DNA from: Candidatus Poribacteria bacterium
GTDB lineage: Bacteria > Poribacteria > WGA-4E > UBA9662
DNA length: 43,779 bases
Reading direction: 5' to 3'
Assembly (NCBI GenBank): GCA_046582655.1
Contig: JAYGDX010000202.1
Coordinates: forward strand, 1-43,779
The position numbers were made by a program, and so were the translations under genes. Under the pieces are notes generated by a model, which searched no databases, was not told where the DNA came from, and was given only the letters and a program-made list of their open reading frames with translations. This document shows positions 1 to 10,069 of the stretch, one piece after another (position 1 is the first letter of the stretch; each line of letters begins with the position of its first letter).

Positions 1-262
1 CATTCAGGAACTGTGACCCAAAACACCAGCAGGGACGGTGATTGTGATGAACAATGCCAGCTTTCACCAGCGTCATGATAGTTGGAAGCGATCAGCGCCA
101 ATCAGTGTCAGGCAGAGTTTCTTCCACCTGACAGCCCTGACCTTAACCCCATTGAACACAAATGGGCTCAAGCCACAGCCGTCAGAAGGCGATACCGGTG
201 TGCTATTGATGAACTCTTTTCTGAGCATTCACAATATGTCGTTTTATAATGATTTAGCTATA
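1..262 (+). mobile_element. IS630-family transposase C-terminal remnant and right end
   Basis: Frameshifted DDE_3-like motifs 'VIVMNNASFH' and 'FLPPDSPDLNPIEHKW'; ends in ...TTATAATGATTTAGCTATA with a terminal TA. Confidence 0.75.
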
Positions 263-379
263 TCATGCGAAAATGATCGTTTTTGCTCATTTTACCTTCT
301 GTCCATAATAGAGTAACGAGAATTATACCTTTAACCGCACGTTTATGTTTACCTGACCAAATGTTTACCAGCCAATTCT

Positions 380-1900
380 GTTTTATTAAGCCTAGATGCT
401 GCACTTGGCATACTATCTGGTAGAGGTGCATTCGCTGACATAATGTCCGCAGGTATCATAGCGACCATTACTTCATTATTAGGAGGTACGCGGGTTCAGT
501 GCTCCGGACCAACTGCGCCGATGAACACTACATGCGCAACATATGCATACGAAAATAAATTTCCCGATAACATACAAGCTGACCACTTTGTAAATGTCAT
601 ACTTATTTTAACGGGAGCAATACTCCTGATTATGGGCGTGTCAAGGCTTGGCAAATTTATACGCATCGTACCCAATGTCGTCGTGTCTGGATTCATGAAT
701 GGCATAGCAGCGCTGATTTAGGTGAGCTAAGCACAGATCCTACTAGGTCTCAATGGCACGGAGCCTGTCAAAGGAGAGCTACATCTTAATACCATAATTG
801 TTCTCGTCACATTACTGATTCTATACGGCCAGTATTCAAAATTTGTGCCGTCGCCCCTGATAGCAATCATAGTTATTTCTGCTTGGACAAATTTTTCCGA
901 GTGGCCCGTGGAATATATGGCTATCGAGAACACCATCACCCATTTCAATGAACTTACAGCAATGGTTGACGAGCAAATCCCTAGAGTATGGTCGTCAACC
1001 ATCATACTGGCTGCGCTACCTTTTGCACTTCAACTGGCATTGTTATGCTACTTGGACCCCCTATTAACCAATGGTGCTAGTTTGGCGTAGGTCATGAGCT
1101 AAAATCAGAGCTCCCTTTGTTCGTCAAAAGGATATCAACTCAATTCTTTCGACAAATAAGGAGCTCAACTCATGACCACCCCAAGATTTTATCACATATC
1201 TGTTCTGTCCAGTTGATGATAAACTCGATAAAGCGAATCAAAATCACAAGCACAACCAAGCCAAACTCTATCCTTCTGAAGTGGTTTACCCTTGGCTTGC
1301 TGTTTGTCCTCAAGGACGTGGGGAATCGAGCTTTCTATCGATGGATTTCCCAAAACCACCGCCACCTGTTCCCAAGCTTACCTGAGCCAACTCGACTGTT
1401 CCGATTGTTCAACAGCCTTCAACATCTGATTGACGTTTTCATGGCATTAGTGGAGAAAGCACGCAGCAAAACAAGGAGCTAGTTGCTCAAGGGATTGCCA
1501 ATGGCGCGATAAGCCTGTTCGGCGGGGTCCCAGGCGCACAAGCAACGATACGCTCAGGATTGCAGGCATCTCCGTTAGTTTATTCGTACTTATCGAACTG
1601 CTCGTTTTTCAAAACTTACTACAGTATATATTGGTATATTGATTAAGGTAGGCTTTGACGTATCCGATTTCGAACCGATTAAACTCTATTTTATAACAGT
1701 GGGATGTTAGCCCAAAAGCAGACAGATCAAAAGATCCGTGTGACAACTTTGGAAATGCTGCTCATTGGCGCCACTGCTTTAATAACACCTGAATACTGCA
1801 GTCATCAGCATGACCATACTGTTCCATTCGCTGAATAAATTTATTATTCAGCAACAGCCCCTAAGAGACCTTAAGCCTAAGTATGATACTACGAAAACAG
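380..1900 (+). pseudogene. SulP/SLC26 family anion transporter pseudogene, interrupted by an IS fragment
   Basis: Motifs 'GGTRVQCSGPTAPM', 'RLGKFIRIVPNVVVSGFMNGIA', 'LALLCYLDPLLT' and, after the insertion, 'ELVAQGIANGAISLFGGVPGAQATIRS'. Multiple stops and frameshifts; boundaries approximate. Confidence 0.8.
1068..1447 (+). mobile_element. Truncated transposase fragment (IS982-like) inserted in the SulP gene
   Basis: RBS and ATG at 1172. Reconstructed 'DFITYLFCPVDDKL...HNQAKLYPSEVVTLGLLFVLKDVGNRAFYRW...LFPSLPEPTRLFRLF'. Putative left end CCAATGGTGCTAGTT. Confidence 0.6.
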
Positions 1901-2005
1901 AGGATGCTATACTTGGCCTGATCTAGACATTGTAGGATGAGGATGAATCGGTTCGTTATAATGGCGACAATGGCATTAGGGAAGATAGATACACCTGAAG
2001 ACCTG
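1900..2005 (+). pseudogene. HEAT-repeat gene fragment
   Basis: Translates as EDAILGLI*TL*DEDESVRYN/ATMALGKIDTPEDL, with two stops and one frameshift. Confidence 0.55.
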
Positions 2006-2107
2006 TTGGTAGATCTGTGCACTAAGCATTGATAAAGTCCTGAAGTAGCTTGTATTTAAGTTAACCGCTTGACCTTGCACTCAAGAGATATCATGGTCCT
2101 TTAAGCC

Positions 2108-2136
2108 TTGCGGAAATCCCTTGAATTTGCTATGAT
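2108..2136 (+). promoter_or_regulatory. Putative sigma70 promoter
   Basis: TTGCGG-17-TATGAT with extended -10 TG, 56 nt upstream of the ATG at 2193. Confidence 0.45.
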
Positions 2137-2192
2137 CAAACTCATTAACAATATAAATTTATTTTCCGAGAATACTTATTTAAAGGGGAAAA

Positions 2193-3368
2193 ATGAAACC
2201 ATATAGAGTTGCCATTTTAGGTTGTCGATCACGGGGATCGTCAGCCGCCAGAGTTTATCACACTCATCCCCGAACGGAGCTGGTCGGCCTATGTGATTTG
2301 TTGGAAGACCGCCTGAACACCTTAGGGGATGAACTAAGTATAAAGGCACGATTTACTGATTTAGACGAGATGATTCGTCAGACTAAGCCAGATATTGTAG
2401 CTATTCCGACCGCACCCGCCTTGCATGCCCCACTAGCTTTACGGGTATTGGAACATGGGGTTAACATTGAAGTCGAAAAGCCAATGGGAATGGATCTCAT
2501 CGAGACTGATGCAGTGATGAACAAAGCAGATGAAAAGGGGGTTCAGGTAGCTGTTCATCATCAGTGGCGGTTGAGTGCTTGGACACAAGCTATTAATCAG
2601 GTCTATCAAGCAGGCGATATAGGCGAATTACGCTATATCTACGCCAGTGGGAAAGGTTATTACGGGGGATTTGGTCTTATGGAAATCGGCACCCATCTGC
2701 TGACCCATATGATCAAATTTGGAGGACATTGTCAGAGTGTCACAGCACATGCTACCACTCGAGGTCATACTATAACACCACAGGATGTTTTACCTGCCCC
2801 GCGTGGCAACGGAACTATTGCGGGCGATCGCGTCACTGCCTCATTACAGTTTGCCAATGGGGTAACTGGGACACTGCTTCAGCATCACTTTAACAAAATT
2901 GAATTGGATGCGCATGTGGTTGAACTCTATGGCACCGAAGGTCGACTGATGTGGCATCCTCAAGGCGCTTGGAAGTTACCAAATCCACATGTTCTACCCA
3001 CAAATAACTTGGATCAATGGCAAGCCCTAACACCCATTTATCCGGAAAGTTTTGAACAAGCAGTCAAATCCCTTCCAGGAAATGGCAAAATGAATGAAGG
3101 TGATTATTGGTTTGTAGACGAATATGTTCGGGCTCTAGATGCAGGCCAGGAGCACGAATGCAGTGGAGCAGAGGGCCGCCACGTCATCGAGATCATCATG
3201 GGCATTTTTGAATCAGCGGCCTACGGTACTCGCGTCGATCTCCCACAGCTCAATCGTGAACACCCGCTGACACGTTGGCGCAACGAGGAAGGATTGGGGG
3301 CACCGGAACCAATGCCAATGGCCGATGCAGACTGGCTTGTAGAAGAAAGCAAACGCTTAGGGAGTTAG
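2193..3368 (+). CDS. Gfo/Idh/MocA family oxidoreductase
   Basis: Rossmann 'VAILGC..RG', 'EKPM' and 'GTHLL' motifs; RBS AAGGGG. Confidence 0.9.
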   Translation: MKPYRVAILGCRSRGSSAARVYHTHPRTELVGLCDLLEDRLNTLGDELSIKARFTDLDEMIRQTKPDIVAIPTAPALHAPLALRVLEHGVNIEVEKPMGMDLIETDAVMNKADEKGVQVAVHHQWRLSAWTQAINQVYQAGDIGELRYIYASGKGYYGGFGLMEIGTHLLTHMIKFGGHCQSVTAHATTRGHTITPQDVLPAPRGNGTIAGDRVTASLQFANGVTGTLLQHHFNKIELDAHVVELYGTEGRLMWHPQGAWKLPNPHVLPTNNLDQWQALTPIYPESFEQAVKSLPGNGKMNEGDYWFVDEYVRALDAGQEHECSGAEGRHVIEIIMGIFESAAYGTRVDLPQLNREHPLTRWRNEEGLGAPEPMPMADADWLVEESKRLGS

Positions 3369-3484
3369 ACGCGCATGGGGTTACTATTGGAATTAATAGA
3401 CTGCTCAAAGCCCCCATTATCGGCTTGGGCCGCTGAGTTCTCTGCCCAATCTATATGAATCAAATTAAATAACTAAATCCTCAT

Positions 3485-3514
3485 TGATACCCGTGCAATA
3501 GATAACTCGCGTAC
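3485..3514 (+). repeat. Left arm of a 30-bp inverted repeat (pairs with 5555-5584)
   Basis: TGATACCCGTGCAATAGATAACTCGCGTAC matches the reverse complement of 5555-5584 at 26/30 positions. Confidence 0.8.
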
Positions 3515-3709
3515 GGGGTATCGGGGTGTCGACTACTCCCCATTAGTTGGTGCCCTTTTTCTTAGTCCTCTCGATCTTACATTTCCATCTGACCTAGAGT
3601 CTCATCCACCCTTTTCACTTTTTTATTACCACCAATAAAATTAATATCCTTTTATTTTTTTAAGGCATCTATAATTATTGGCATTATACTTTATATTTGG
3701 AGAATTTAA

Positions 3710-4500
3710 ATGAGAACGTTTTCTTGGTTAATGGTATTTGTTGTTTTGGTGGGTTCAATCTATGCCGAAGGTAAAGAAGAACTAGTGGTTGAAAGTGCGA
3801 AGGAACTAATGGAGATCAGTGCTAAGATGATTACTTGGGAGAAAGATGGGTCTAAGATGGTGTTAATTCCTGCTGGTGACTTTCTGATGGGTTTACTGAT
3901 GGAGACGATGATGAGAAACCAATGCATACCGTCTATTATAGATGCTTTCTACATGGATAAATATGAGGTGACTAATGCTCAGTATCAGCTTTTTATGCAA
4001 GATTCTGGACATAGGCTACCTGCCTATTGGAATGACTCAATATTCAATTCTCCTCAGCAACCAGTGTAGGTGTTAATTGGTCTGATGCCACTGCCTACGC
4101 TGTCTGGGCGGGGAAGAGGCTTCCTACCGAAGCAGAATGGGAGAAGAGCGCCAAAAGTGGTTTATCAGGTAAAAAGTATCCATGGGGTGATACTATTAAC
4201 TCTAGCAAATCTTGTTATGACCAAGGCAGAAATGGTAAGCCAACCCCAGTTGGGTCATAGTAGCTAATAGTTATAGTCTCTATGATATGGCAGGTAACGC
4301 TTGGGAATGGTGTTCTGATTGGTATGATCCAGATATTATAGCACATCGCCATCACATAACCCTAAAGGTCCAAGTGCAGGTAGTTAGGGGTGGGTCTTGG
4401 TACAAAAAAGGGCTCGCCTGCGAGTGGCTCTTCGCGACGGCAAAAGACCATCGAATCCTGACAACCATTTCGGATTTCGATGTATTGTTTCAGAATCCTT
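3710..4500 (+). pseudogene. Formylglycine-generating enzyme (FGE-sulfatase/SUMF1) domain protein, frameshifted
   Basis: Signal peptide, 'MVLIPAGDFLMG', 'FYMDKYEVTNAQY', '[10 protein letters not shown]', 'DMAGNAWEWCSDWY', 'VRGGSW' and 'GFRC' spread over several frames. Confidence 0.85.
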
Positions 4501-4559
4501 TACCCCTGGTTCCTTTACAATCGGCGCGATGGTAAAAGAGAAGACCAAATTAACTCTAT

Positions 4560-5475
4560 TTTATCAACAGTAATCGACAATAATAAAATTCCTGGTTAAC
4601 AATCCTGATCCTATGGAAACTGATGATTTAGTCCATCTGGGCTCATGCACAAAAGCAATGACCAGTACCCTTCTAGCGATCTTAATTACCGAGAGGAAAC
4701 TGAATTGGGAATCAACATTGATTGAGACGCTGCCCGAACTTAAAGACCTAATCCATCCAAATTATGAATCAGCGACTTTACGTAAACTTGTAACACATTG
4801 AAGTGGAATGCCAGCCAATGCTAATAACTGGTGGGATCATTCCGATGAAAGAGACATAAAAGTCAGAAGACTGAAAATTCTTAAAGATAATTTGGCAACC
4901 GAACCTCTGACCAAGGTTGGAGACTATCTATATTCCAACTTAGGTTATATTGTTGCTGGTTGTATGGCAGAGAAAGTAACAGGAAAGTCTTGGGAAACAC
5001 TAATTCAAGAGAAGTTATTTCAGCCCCTTGGGATGAAAACTGCCAGCTTTGGCCCACCTGGCCCACCGGGTCAGTCAGACCAACCTTGGGGCATGTAGAA
5101 TCCGATACAGGCTGGGAAGCCAGTCAGCTTGATAACTCTGAACCTTTAGGCCCCGTAGGAAGAGTACATTGTAGCTTAGCCGATTGGGCTAAATTTCTTG
5201 CTCTTCAATTGCCAAATAGCAATCCTATGATTCAGAACCGACATCAGTTGGATCAGTTGATTGAGCCCGTTGGAGACTATGCTGCGGGTTGGGGCGTATA
5301 TCAATACAATAGAGTCAAAGGAACTGTTTTAACCCATGATGGTAGTAATACCATGTAGTATACCCGAGTATGGATGGCACCAAATATCGATCGAGCATAT
5401 ATGATGGTAATGAATGCAGCTTTCAAGGATAGCAGCAAATCAGCAACCATTTGTGATCAAGTAATCAGTGAATTA
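4560..5475 (+). pseudogene. Serine hydrolase / beta-lactamase family pseudogene
   Basis: SxxK 'HLGSCTKAMT', 'LVTH*SG', YxN 'YSNLGY' and 'HDGSNTM*Y'; stops and a frameshift. Confidence 0.85.
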
Positions 5476-5554
5476 ATAAAGATTGACCAAGAACAATAGT
5501 GGAGGATTCCTTACCCCTGCTATAAGTTTCAAACTCGTATCTAGAACATATCGG

Positions 5555-5584
5555 GTACACGTATTATCTATTGCGCGGGTATCA
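5555..5584 (-). repeat. Right arm of the 30-bp inverted repeat
   Basis: Reverse complement is TGATACCCGCGCAATAGATAATACGTGTAC. Confidence 0.8.
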
Positions 5585-5717
5585 GTAATTTGTTCCGCTT
5601 GCAGCAACTGACCTGATTGATAAAAAGAAATAGCCTGTTGTAATTTGCCTTCAACATCCACGGATGGACTAAAAGATTGTTATTGAGGATTTGGTTGTCG
5701 TCTTTTTTTCTACTCAC
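5585..5717 (-). pseudogene. 5' fragment of a TPR-repeat protein, cut at the inverted repeat
   Basis: 'VDVEGKLQQAISFYQSGQLLQAEQI' is a typical TPR N-terminal helix pair; similarity ends at 5584. Confidence 0.6.
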
Positions 5718-6177
5718 GGCTAGAAATGTCCCCATCAGTACACTAGAAGGAATTCGGATTTACCTCAACTTGTATTTCCCCTTTTAACGAATGCTGAGCT
5801 GTTGATGATCAGAGCAACGACGAAGCCCCAGAGAAGGCTGTTCGCTACGCACAACGTCCACTCTACTACAATTGGGCATGTTTTTACTTATCCATAGGGT
5901 CCAAAAGGGCATCCCAGGTCGAACGAACCCTACCAGTAGGTCGGCGATGCGTTCAACTCCTGAGAGCTAGTAATTAGTAGTTTCGAATGCCTTCATTTCA
6001 GCACCATAAGCGAAAATTAACGAGCCGACCGCAAGCACAAGGTGAACCATTGACAGAATAAAGGGTTGCGATTATGATCCGCTTCTTCACTCTTGTTCCA
6101 GACAGCACAATATTAAGTTTACTGAGGTAGAATGTGATACTGCTAGGAAAAAGCTAAATGTTGCTGGGCAAATGAAA

Positions 6178-8109
6178 TCAATGAGTTCCACCAAAGAAAA
6201 TCTGTTGATGGATGATGTTGCCAATGATGGTCCATATACTGCCTATAACGTACTCACCTAAAATCAACCCCAGAAAAAAGGGGCGAGCTCGCTGATATTT
6301 TTTAATCCCACCATATTTGATTAGTAGCCATTTGAGGATAAAACCGACTAGAATTGAAAACCAGAAAATGTTGATATCCATGCTGTTGGAGATGGCATAA
6401 CCTGCAGGATGGAGTTTCCACCACAAAAATTTTTGACGCATGAAGGCGAAGAATAGGACCACACCAAATCCGGCGCCAATGGAGGCCAATCCACTATAGT
6501 CCAGTTCATCGGAAGGATCAGTCAGCCAGTTAGCTAGACGTGTGTAGAGCACATGGGCAAATCGTTCCAATGAACTTCCTCCGTGCTGGTAGGCGATATG
6601 CAAGTAGACCCAGAAAAAACTTAGGACACCAACCACCAAAGCGACCATTACAGCTGGAAATAAAAGGCGATGATTGACTTTTGCTCGGTGTAGAAGGGCA
6701 TACCCTTCAATTTGGTGTGGTTGTGGATGTGCTCGATAGGTGAAGTTGAAGAAGCCGAGCATCGACATGACAGTGACGTTTTGGTAGCCTAATCGTCGAG
6801 GACTGATAATGCTTGGAAACATCTGGTCTGGACCGGTGAAGTGGAAGTCATGCAATGGAACGCCCATCTCTGCCCGAAATCGAGCTACCCCGACCGAAAT
6901 GGTGTAATAACAGAAAAAAAACAGCAGACTTAACCAGATCGACATTCCCGCCTTCCACATGAAGACTGATAAGCCAACAATTCCAATCAAGATCCCCCAA
7001 ACGGCAAGATGTGGTTCGGGGGATCGTCTGGAGCGGATTGACGCTTGGCCGGTTGTCGGCGGAACTTGATCGCTGCCACGTGCTAGCTTTCGACTCATCC
7101 ATAGAGCTGTCACAGCAATACCGGCTAACGCACCAAACGATTGTTGGTTCAGTGTAACCAAGTACTCAGAGTACGCAACCTGCCGTGCACCCAAGGTGAC
7201 AGCGACAATTCGCTGTGCTTTGGAAACAAAAAAGAAGAAAACGCAGGAAATGGACATGTCCAACGGCATAAAGAAGGCTAGCCCAGCCACGGGAGAAATA
7301 ATACCGACATTAACCCCCCCCATCGACCGCCATGGTTGTGTCGTAATGTAGCGTGCTAAGTTGTGATGTCTGGGGTGGATTTTGATGGTTGGAATGGTCG
7401 GTAGTAATTCCGCTAATCCGTTTATCAAGGCAATCCCGCCTGAAATCCCAAGACCGAACCATAGTCCAGTTTGGACGAAAATTTTGCCCCGGCTGGATTC
7501 CAAGCTCGGTTGGCTGGTCATGAATAAGGGGAGTTGAATGATTGGATAGGACAAGCGCTCCCGCTCCACCCAGGAGGTACGTACATAGAGCGTGATACAT
7601 TGCATGACGAAGACCAGCATGATTACAAAGCCCGACCACCATAAGGCAGGCTTCAACCAACTTTGCAGATGCTGTGGAGTGTAAAGGGTTGAATCGCCTC
7701 GGTAATAGGCGGCGATGACCCTTTTGTCGCTAACCGAGAGCCAAGTTGGAATATATCGCCCAAACAGGTTTTTCCAATCGTTTTCGACGGTTGCCCTTCG
7801 AAACGGGACCTCCATCATGGTGGTCAGTGTCTGCATCATTTGGAAAGACTGAATGGCTGAAGTAACGCTCAGCATGACATAGACAACAATCAGTTCCCCT
7901 TGCGTCAGTGCCAGTCTAGGGAAAAAACGGACTAGTAACCGATTAGCAATGACCAACAGCAGCAAGATGAAGATGACATTGAAAAAAGGAGAGACGATGG
8001 TGGGGATAGGTTGATACTGGTATGGCTGGCGAGAGATCACCAGCCAATAACAGTTGATGGGGATTAACAATGCGCCTAGTACAATTGCACGTAGGGGAGA
8101 TCTAGGCAT
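6178..8109 (-). CDS. Polytopic membrane protein, DUF6785/DUF6784-like (putative OPT-related transporter)
   Basis: 643 aa with many TM helices; 'LTQGELIVVYVML', 'WVERERLSYPIIQLP', 'WWKLHPAGY', 'PFFLGLILGE'. Confidence 0.7.
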   Translation of the reverse strand: MPRSPLRAIVLGALLIPINCYWLVISRQPYQYQPIPTIVSPFFNVIFILLLLVIANRLLVRFFPRLALTQGELIVVYVMLSVTSAIQSFQMMQTLTTMMEVPFRRATVENDWKNLFGRYIPTWLSVSDKRVIAAYYRGDSTLYTPQHLQSWLKPALWWSGFVIMLVFVMQCITLYVRTSWVERERLSYPIIQLPLFMTSQPSLESSRGKIFVQTGLWFGLGISGGIALINGLAELLPTIPTIKIHPRHHNLARYITTQPWRSMGGVNVGIISPVAGLAFFMPLDMSISCVFFFFVSKAQRIVAVTLGARQVAYSEYLVTLNQQSFGALAGIAVTALWMSRKLARGSDQVPPTTGQASIRSRRSPEPHLAVWGILIGIVGLSVFMWKAGMSIWLSLLFFFCYYTISVGVARFRAEMGVPLHDFHFTGPDQMFPSIISPRRLGYQNVTVMSMLGFFNFTYRAHPQPHQIEGYALLHRAKVNHRLLFPAVMVALVVGVLSFFWVYLHIAYQHGGSSLERFAHVLYTRLANWLTDPSDELDYSGLASIGAGFGVVLFFAFMRQKFLWWKLHPAGYAISNSMDINIFWFSILVGFILKWLLIKYGGIKKYQRARPFFLGLILGEYVIGSIWTIIGNIIHQQIFFGGTH

Positions 8110-8190
8110 TGAGGAATAGGCATCTTAACCAGGATTTGGGTGGTCCCGAGTAATGTATCATTTTCCGTTTAGTTTGCTTTAATAGGATTT

Positions 8191-8973
8191 CTACTTTTTC
8201 AGTTTGATCGTTCCCCAGGTTAAAGCAAGGTGCTCAACAGATGGCTCAACTGCCAAACTCGACTTCATCAGGTCTGTTACTTCTGCTTTTTCCAGTTGGG
8301 TATCGAAGATATAGAGCTCGTCCTGAACCCACTGTGAAGGCAGCGTGCTACCTTTTTCGATCTCAATATTCCCAATCCAAAAGTCATCGTCTATTTTGGC
8401 AGGACCTGTTTTATGATCTTTAACATGTCCTTCGAGTTCACCGTCAATCCAGAGCTTCATCCCTTGTGGTCCCCAAGTAGTGACAATGAAATGGGTTTCG
8501 CCCTTTTTCCAGTCTAGTGGTTGGCTGCATGATTTTCCGTTTCCATTTGCAAACCAGTTCCCGTTATGTTTTATCATCCAACAAATTCCTTCAGCGTTCC
8601 ACGCATGGCTATGGTTGATAAAGAATGCATCGCTCCCGCGCTTGTATTCCATAAAAATGAATGATTCTCCAGGTACTTTTTTGATGTCTATCATGACTTT
8701 GACCCAAAGTGCAATTGAACCTGCCTCTAGTAGAAGTTGCCCCTCGGTAGGGAATGAAACGGCCTCTCCTGCCTTTTCCGAATAAAAACCATTGTCGAAG
8801 GCTCCTTCTACGAAGACACCAGCGTGTACTATTCCACCTCCATCCTTTACCGCTTTTTGGCTATCTAGTGAGTTATAGAATATTTGTTTAGCACCGATTT
8901 TGGGGACAGAAACTAATACCATCACCGTCATAATAAGTCCCGTTATTACTCGAATGCGGTTCAATATTTTCAT
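8191..8973 (-). CDS. Secreted LamG/concanavalin A-like domain protein (copy 1)
   Basis: Signal peptide, 'GSIALWVK', 'HFIVTTW...LWIDG', 'DELYIFD'; C-terminal AVEPSVEHLALTWGTIK; RBS AAGGAG. Confidence 0.8.
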   Translation of the reverse strand: MKILNRIRVITGLIMTVMVLVSVPKIGAKQIFYNSLDSQKAVKDGGGIVHAGVFVEGAFDNGFYSEKAGEAVSFPTEGQLLLEAGSIALWVKVMIDIKKVPGESFIFMEYKRGSDAFFINHSHAWNAEGICWMIKHNGNWFANGNGKSCSQPLDWKKGETHFIVTTWGPQGMKLWIDGELEGHVKDHKTGPAKIDDDFWIGNIEIEKGSTLPSQWVQDELYIFDTQLEKAEVTDLMKSSLAVEPSVEHLALTWGTIKLKK

Positions 8974-9138
8974 TATCTTACTGTCTCCTTATAATACTGG
9001 CTTAATTTTAGATTTTAAGTGTGGGAGTTGCGGTGTATCCAACACTACATCTTTGAAGATCAATCCATGTCTGAATTCGATATTCTGTCTATTCTTGATA
9101 TATGGTAATATATCGGCTATTCATATGGTAGGTCACTT

Positions 9139-9927
9139 TCACTTTTTCAGCTTGATCATTCCCCAAGTTAAAGAGAGCTTATCATGAGACGGTTCGACAG
9201 CTGTTACACTCGACTTCATAATTCCATCAACTTCTCCTTGTCCCAGTTGGGTATCGAAGATGTAGAGCTCGTCCTGAACCCACTGTGAAGGTAGCGTGCT
9301 ACCTTTTTCAATCTCAATATTCCCAACCCAGAAGTTATTGTCCATTTTCGTCGTACCTGTTTTGTGCCCTGGAGCTTGGCCCACCAACTTCCCATCCAAC
9401 CAAAGCTGTTGGCCTTTTGGCCCCCACGAAGTGACGATGTGATGAGTCTCGCCCTTTTTCCAATCCAAATCCTGGCTGCATGATTTACCTTTTCCATTCG
9501 TGAACCATTTACCGCCAGCTTTTATCATCCAACAAATTCCCTTGGGGTTCCAACCATGGCTGTGGTTGATGAAGAATGCGTCGCTCCCGCGTTTGTACAT
9601 CATAAAAATGAATGATTCTCCCGGCACTTTCTGGATGTCTACCATCACTTTGACCCAAAGCGCAATCGAACCTACATCTTGTTTTATGTGTCCTGCGGTG
9701 GGAAACGAAACGGCGTCACCTTTTCCATCCGCCAAAAACCCGTTGCCTCGGTGCGCCTTTTCAAAGGAGCCAGCGTGCACTTTCCCACCACCAGCTTCGA
9801 CTGCTTCCTTACTATCCAATGAGTTATAGAATGTTTGTTTGGCATCGACTTGTGAAATGAAAAACAATGACATCGCCGTCATAAGGGCTGTCATTATTAC
9901 CCGAATGCAGTTCAATATTTTGACCAT
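9139..9927 (-). CDS. Secreted LamG/concanavalin A-like domain protein (copy 2, tandem paralog)
   Basis: Highly similar to 8191-8973. Start moved to the ATG at 9927 by alignment with copy 1. C-terminal AVEPSHDKLSLTWGMIK. Confidence 0.8.
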   Translation of the reverse strand: MVKILNCIRVIMTALMTAMSLFFISQVDAKQTFYNSLDSKEAVEAGGGKVHAGSFEKAHRGNGFLADGKGDAVSFPTAGHIKQDVGSIALWVKVMVDIQKVPGESFIFMMYKRGSDAFFINHSHGWNPKGICWMIKAGGKWFTNGKGKSCSQDLDWKKGETHHIVTSWGPKGQQLWLDGKLVGQAPGHKTGTTKMDNNFWVGNIEIEKGSTLPSQWVQDELYIFDTQLGQGEVDGIMKSSVTAVEPSHDKLSLTWGMIKLKK

Positions 9928-10069
9928 CTTACATGTATCTTTATATAGTACTGGTTTGATTTTAGATTTTAAGCGCGACACTTATAGCGTGTTCAACGCT
10001 ACGTTTCTGAAAATTGACCCCTATTCTGAATTTAATAGTATACTTCACGTTAATTGTATTTTTCCAAGT

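Noticed and set aside
4380..4500. FGE-type C-lectin C-terminus as a diversity-generating retroelement variable region
   Set aside because: No template repeat or reverse transcriptase was seen in the window and the gene is broken. A remote DGR cannot be excluded without a genome search.
6848..7660. Alternative-frame and antisense ORFs within long genes (also e.g. 13182-13742, 16403-16912, 41760-42209)
   Set aside because: Shadow ORFs overlapping well-supported CDSs, with no recognisable motifs.
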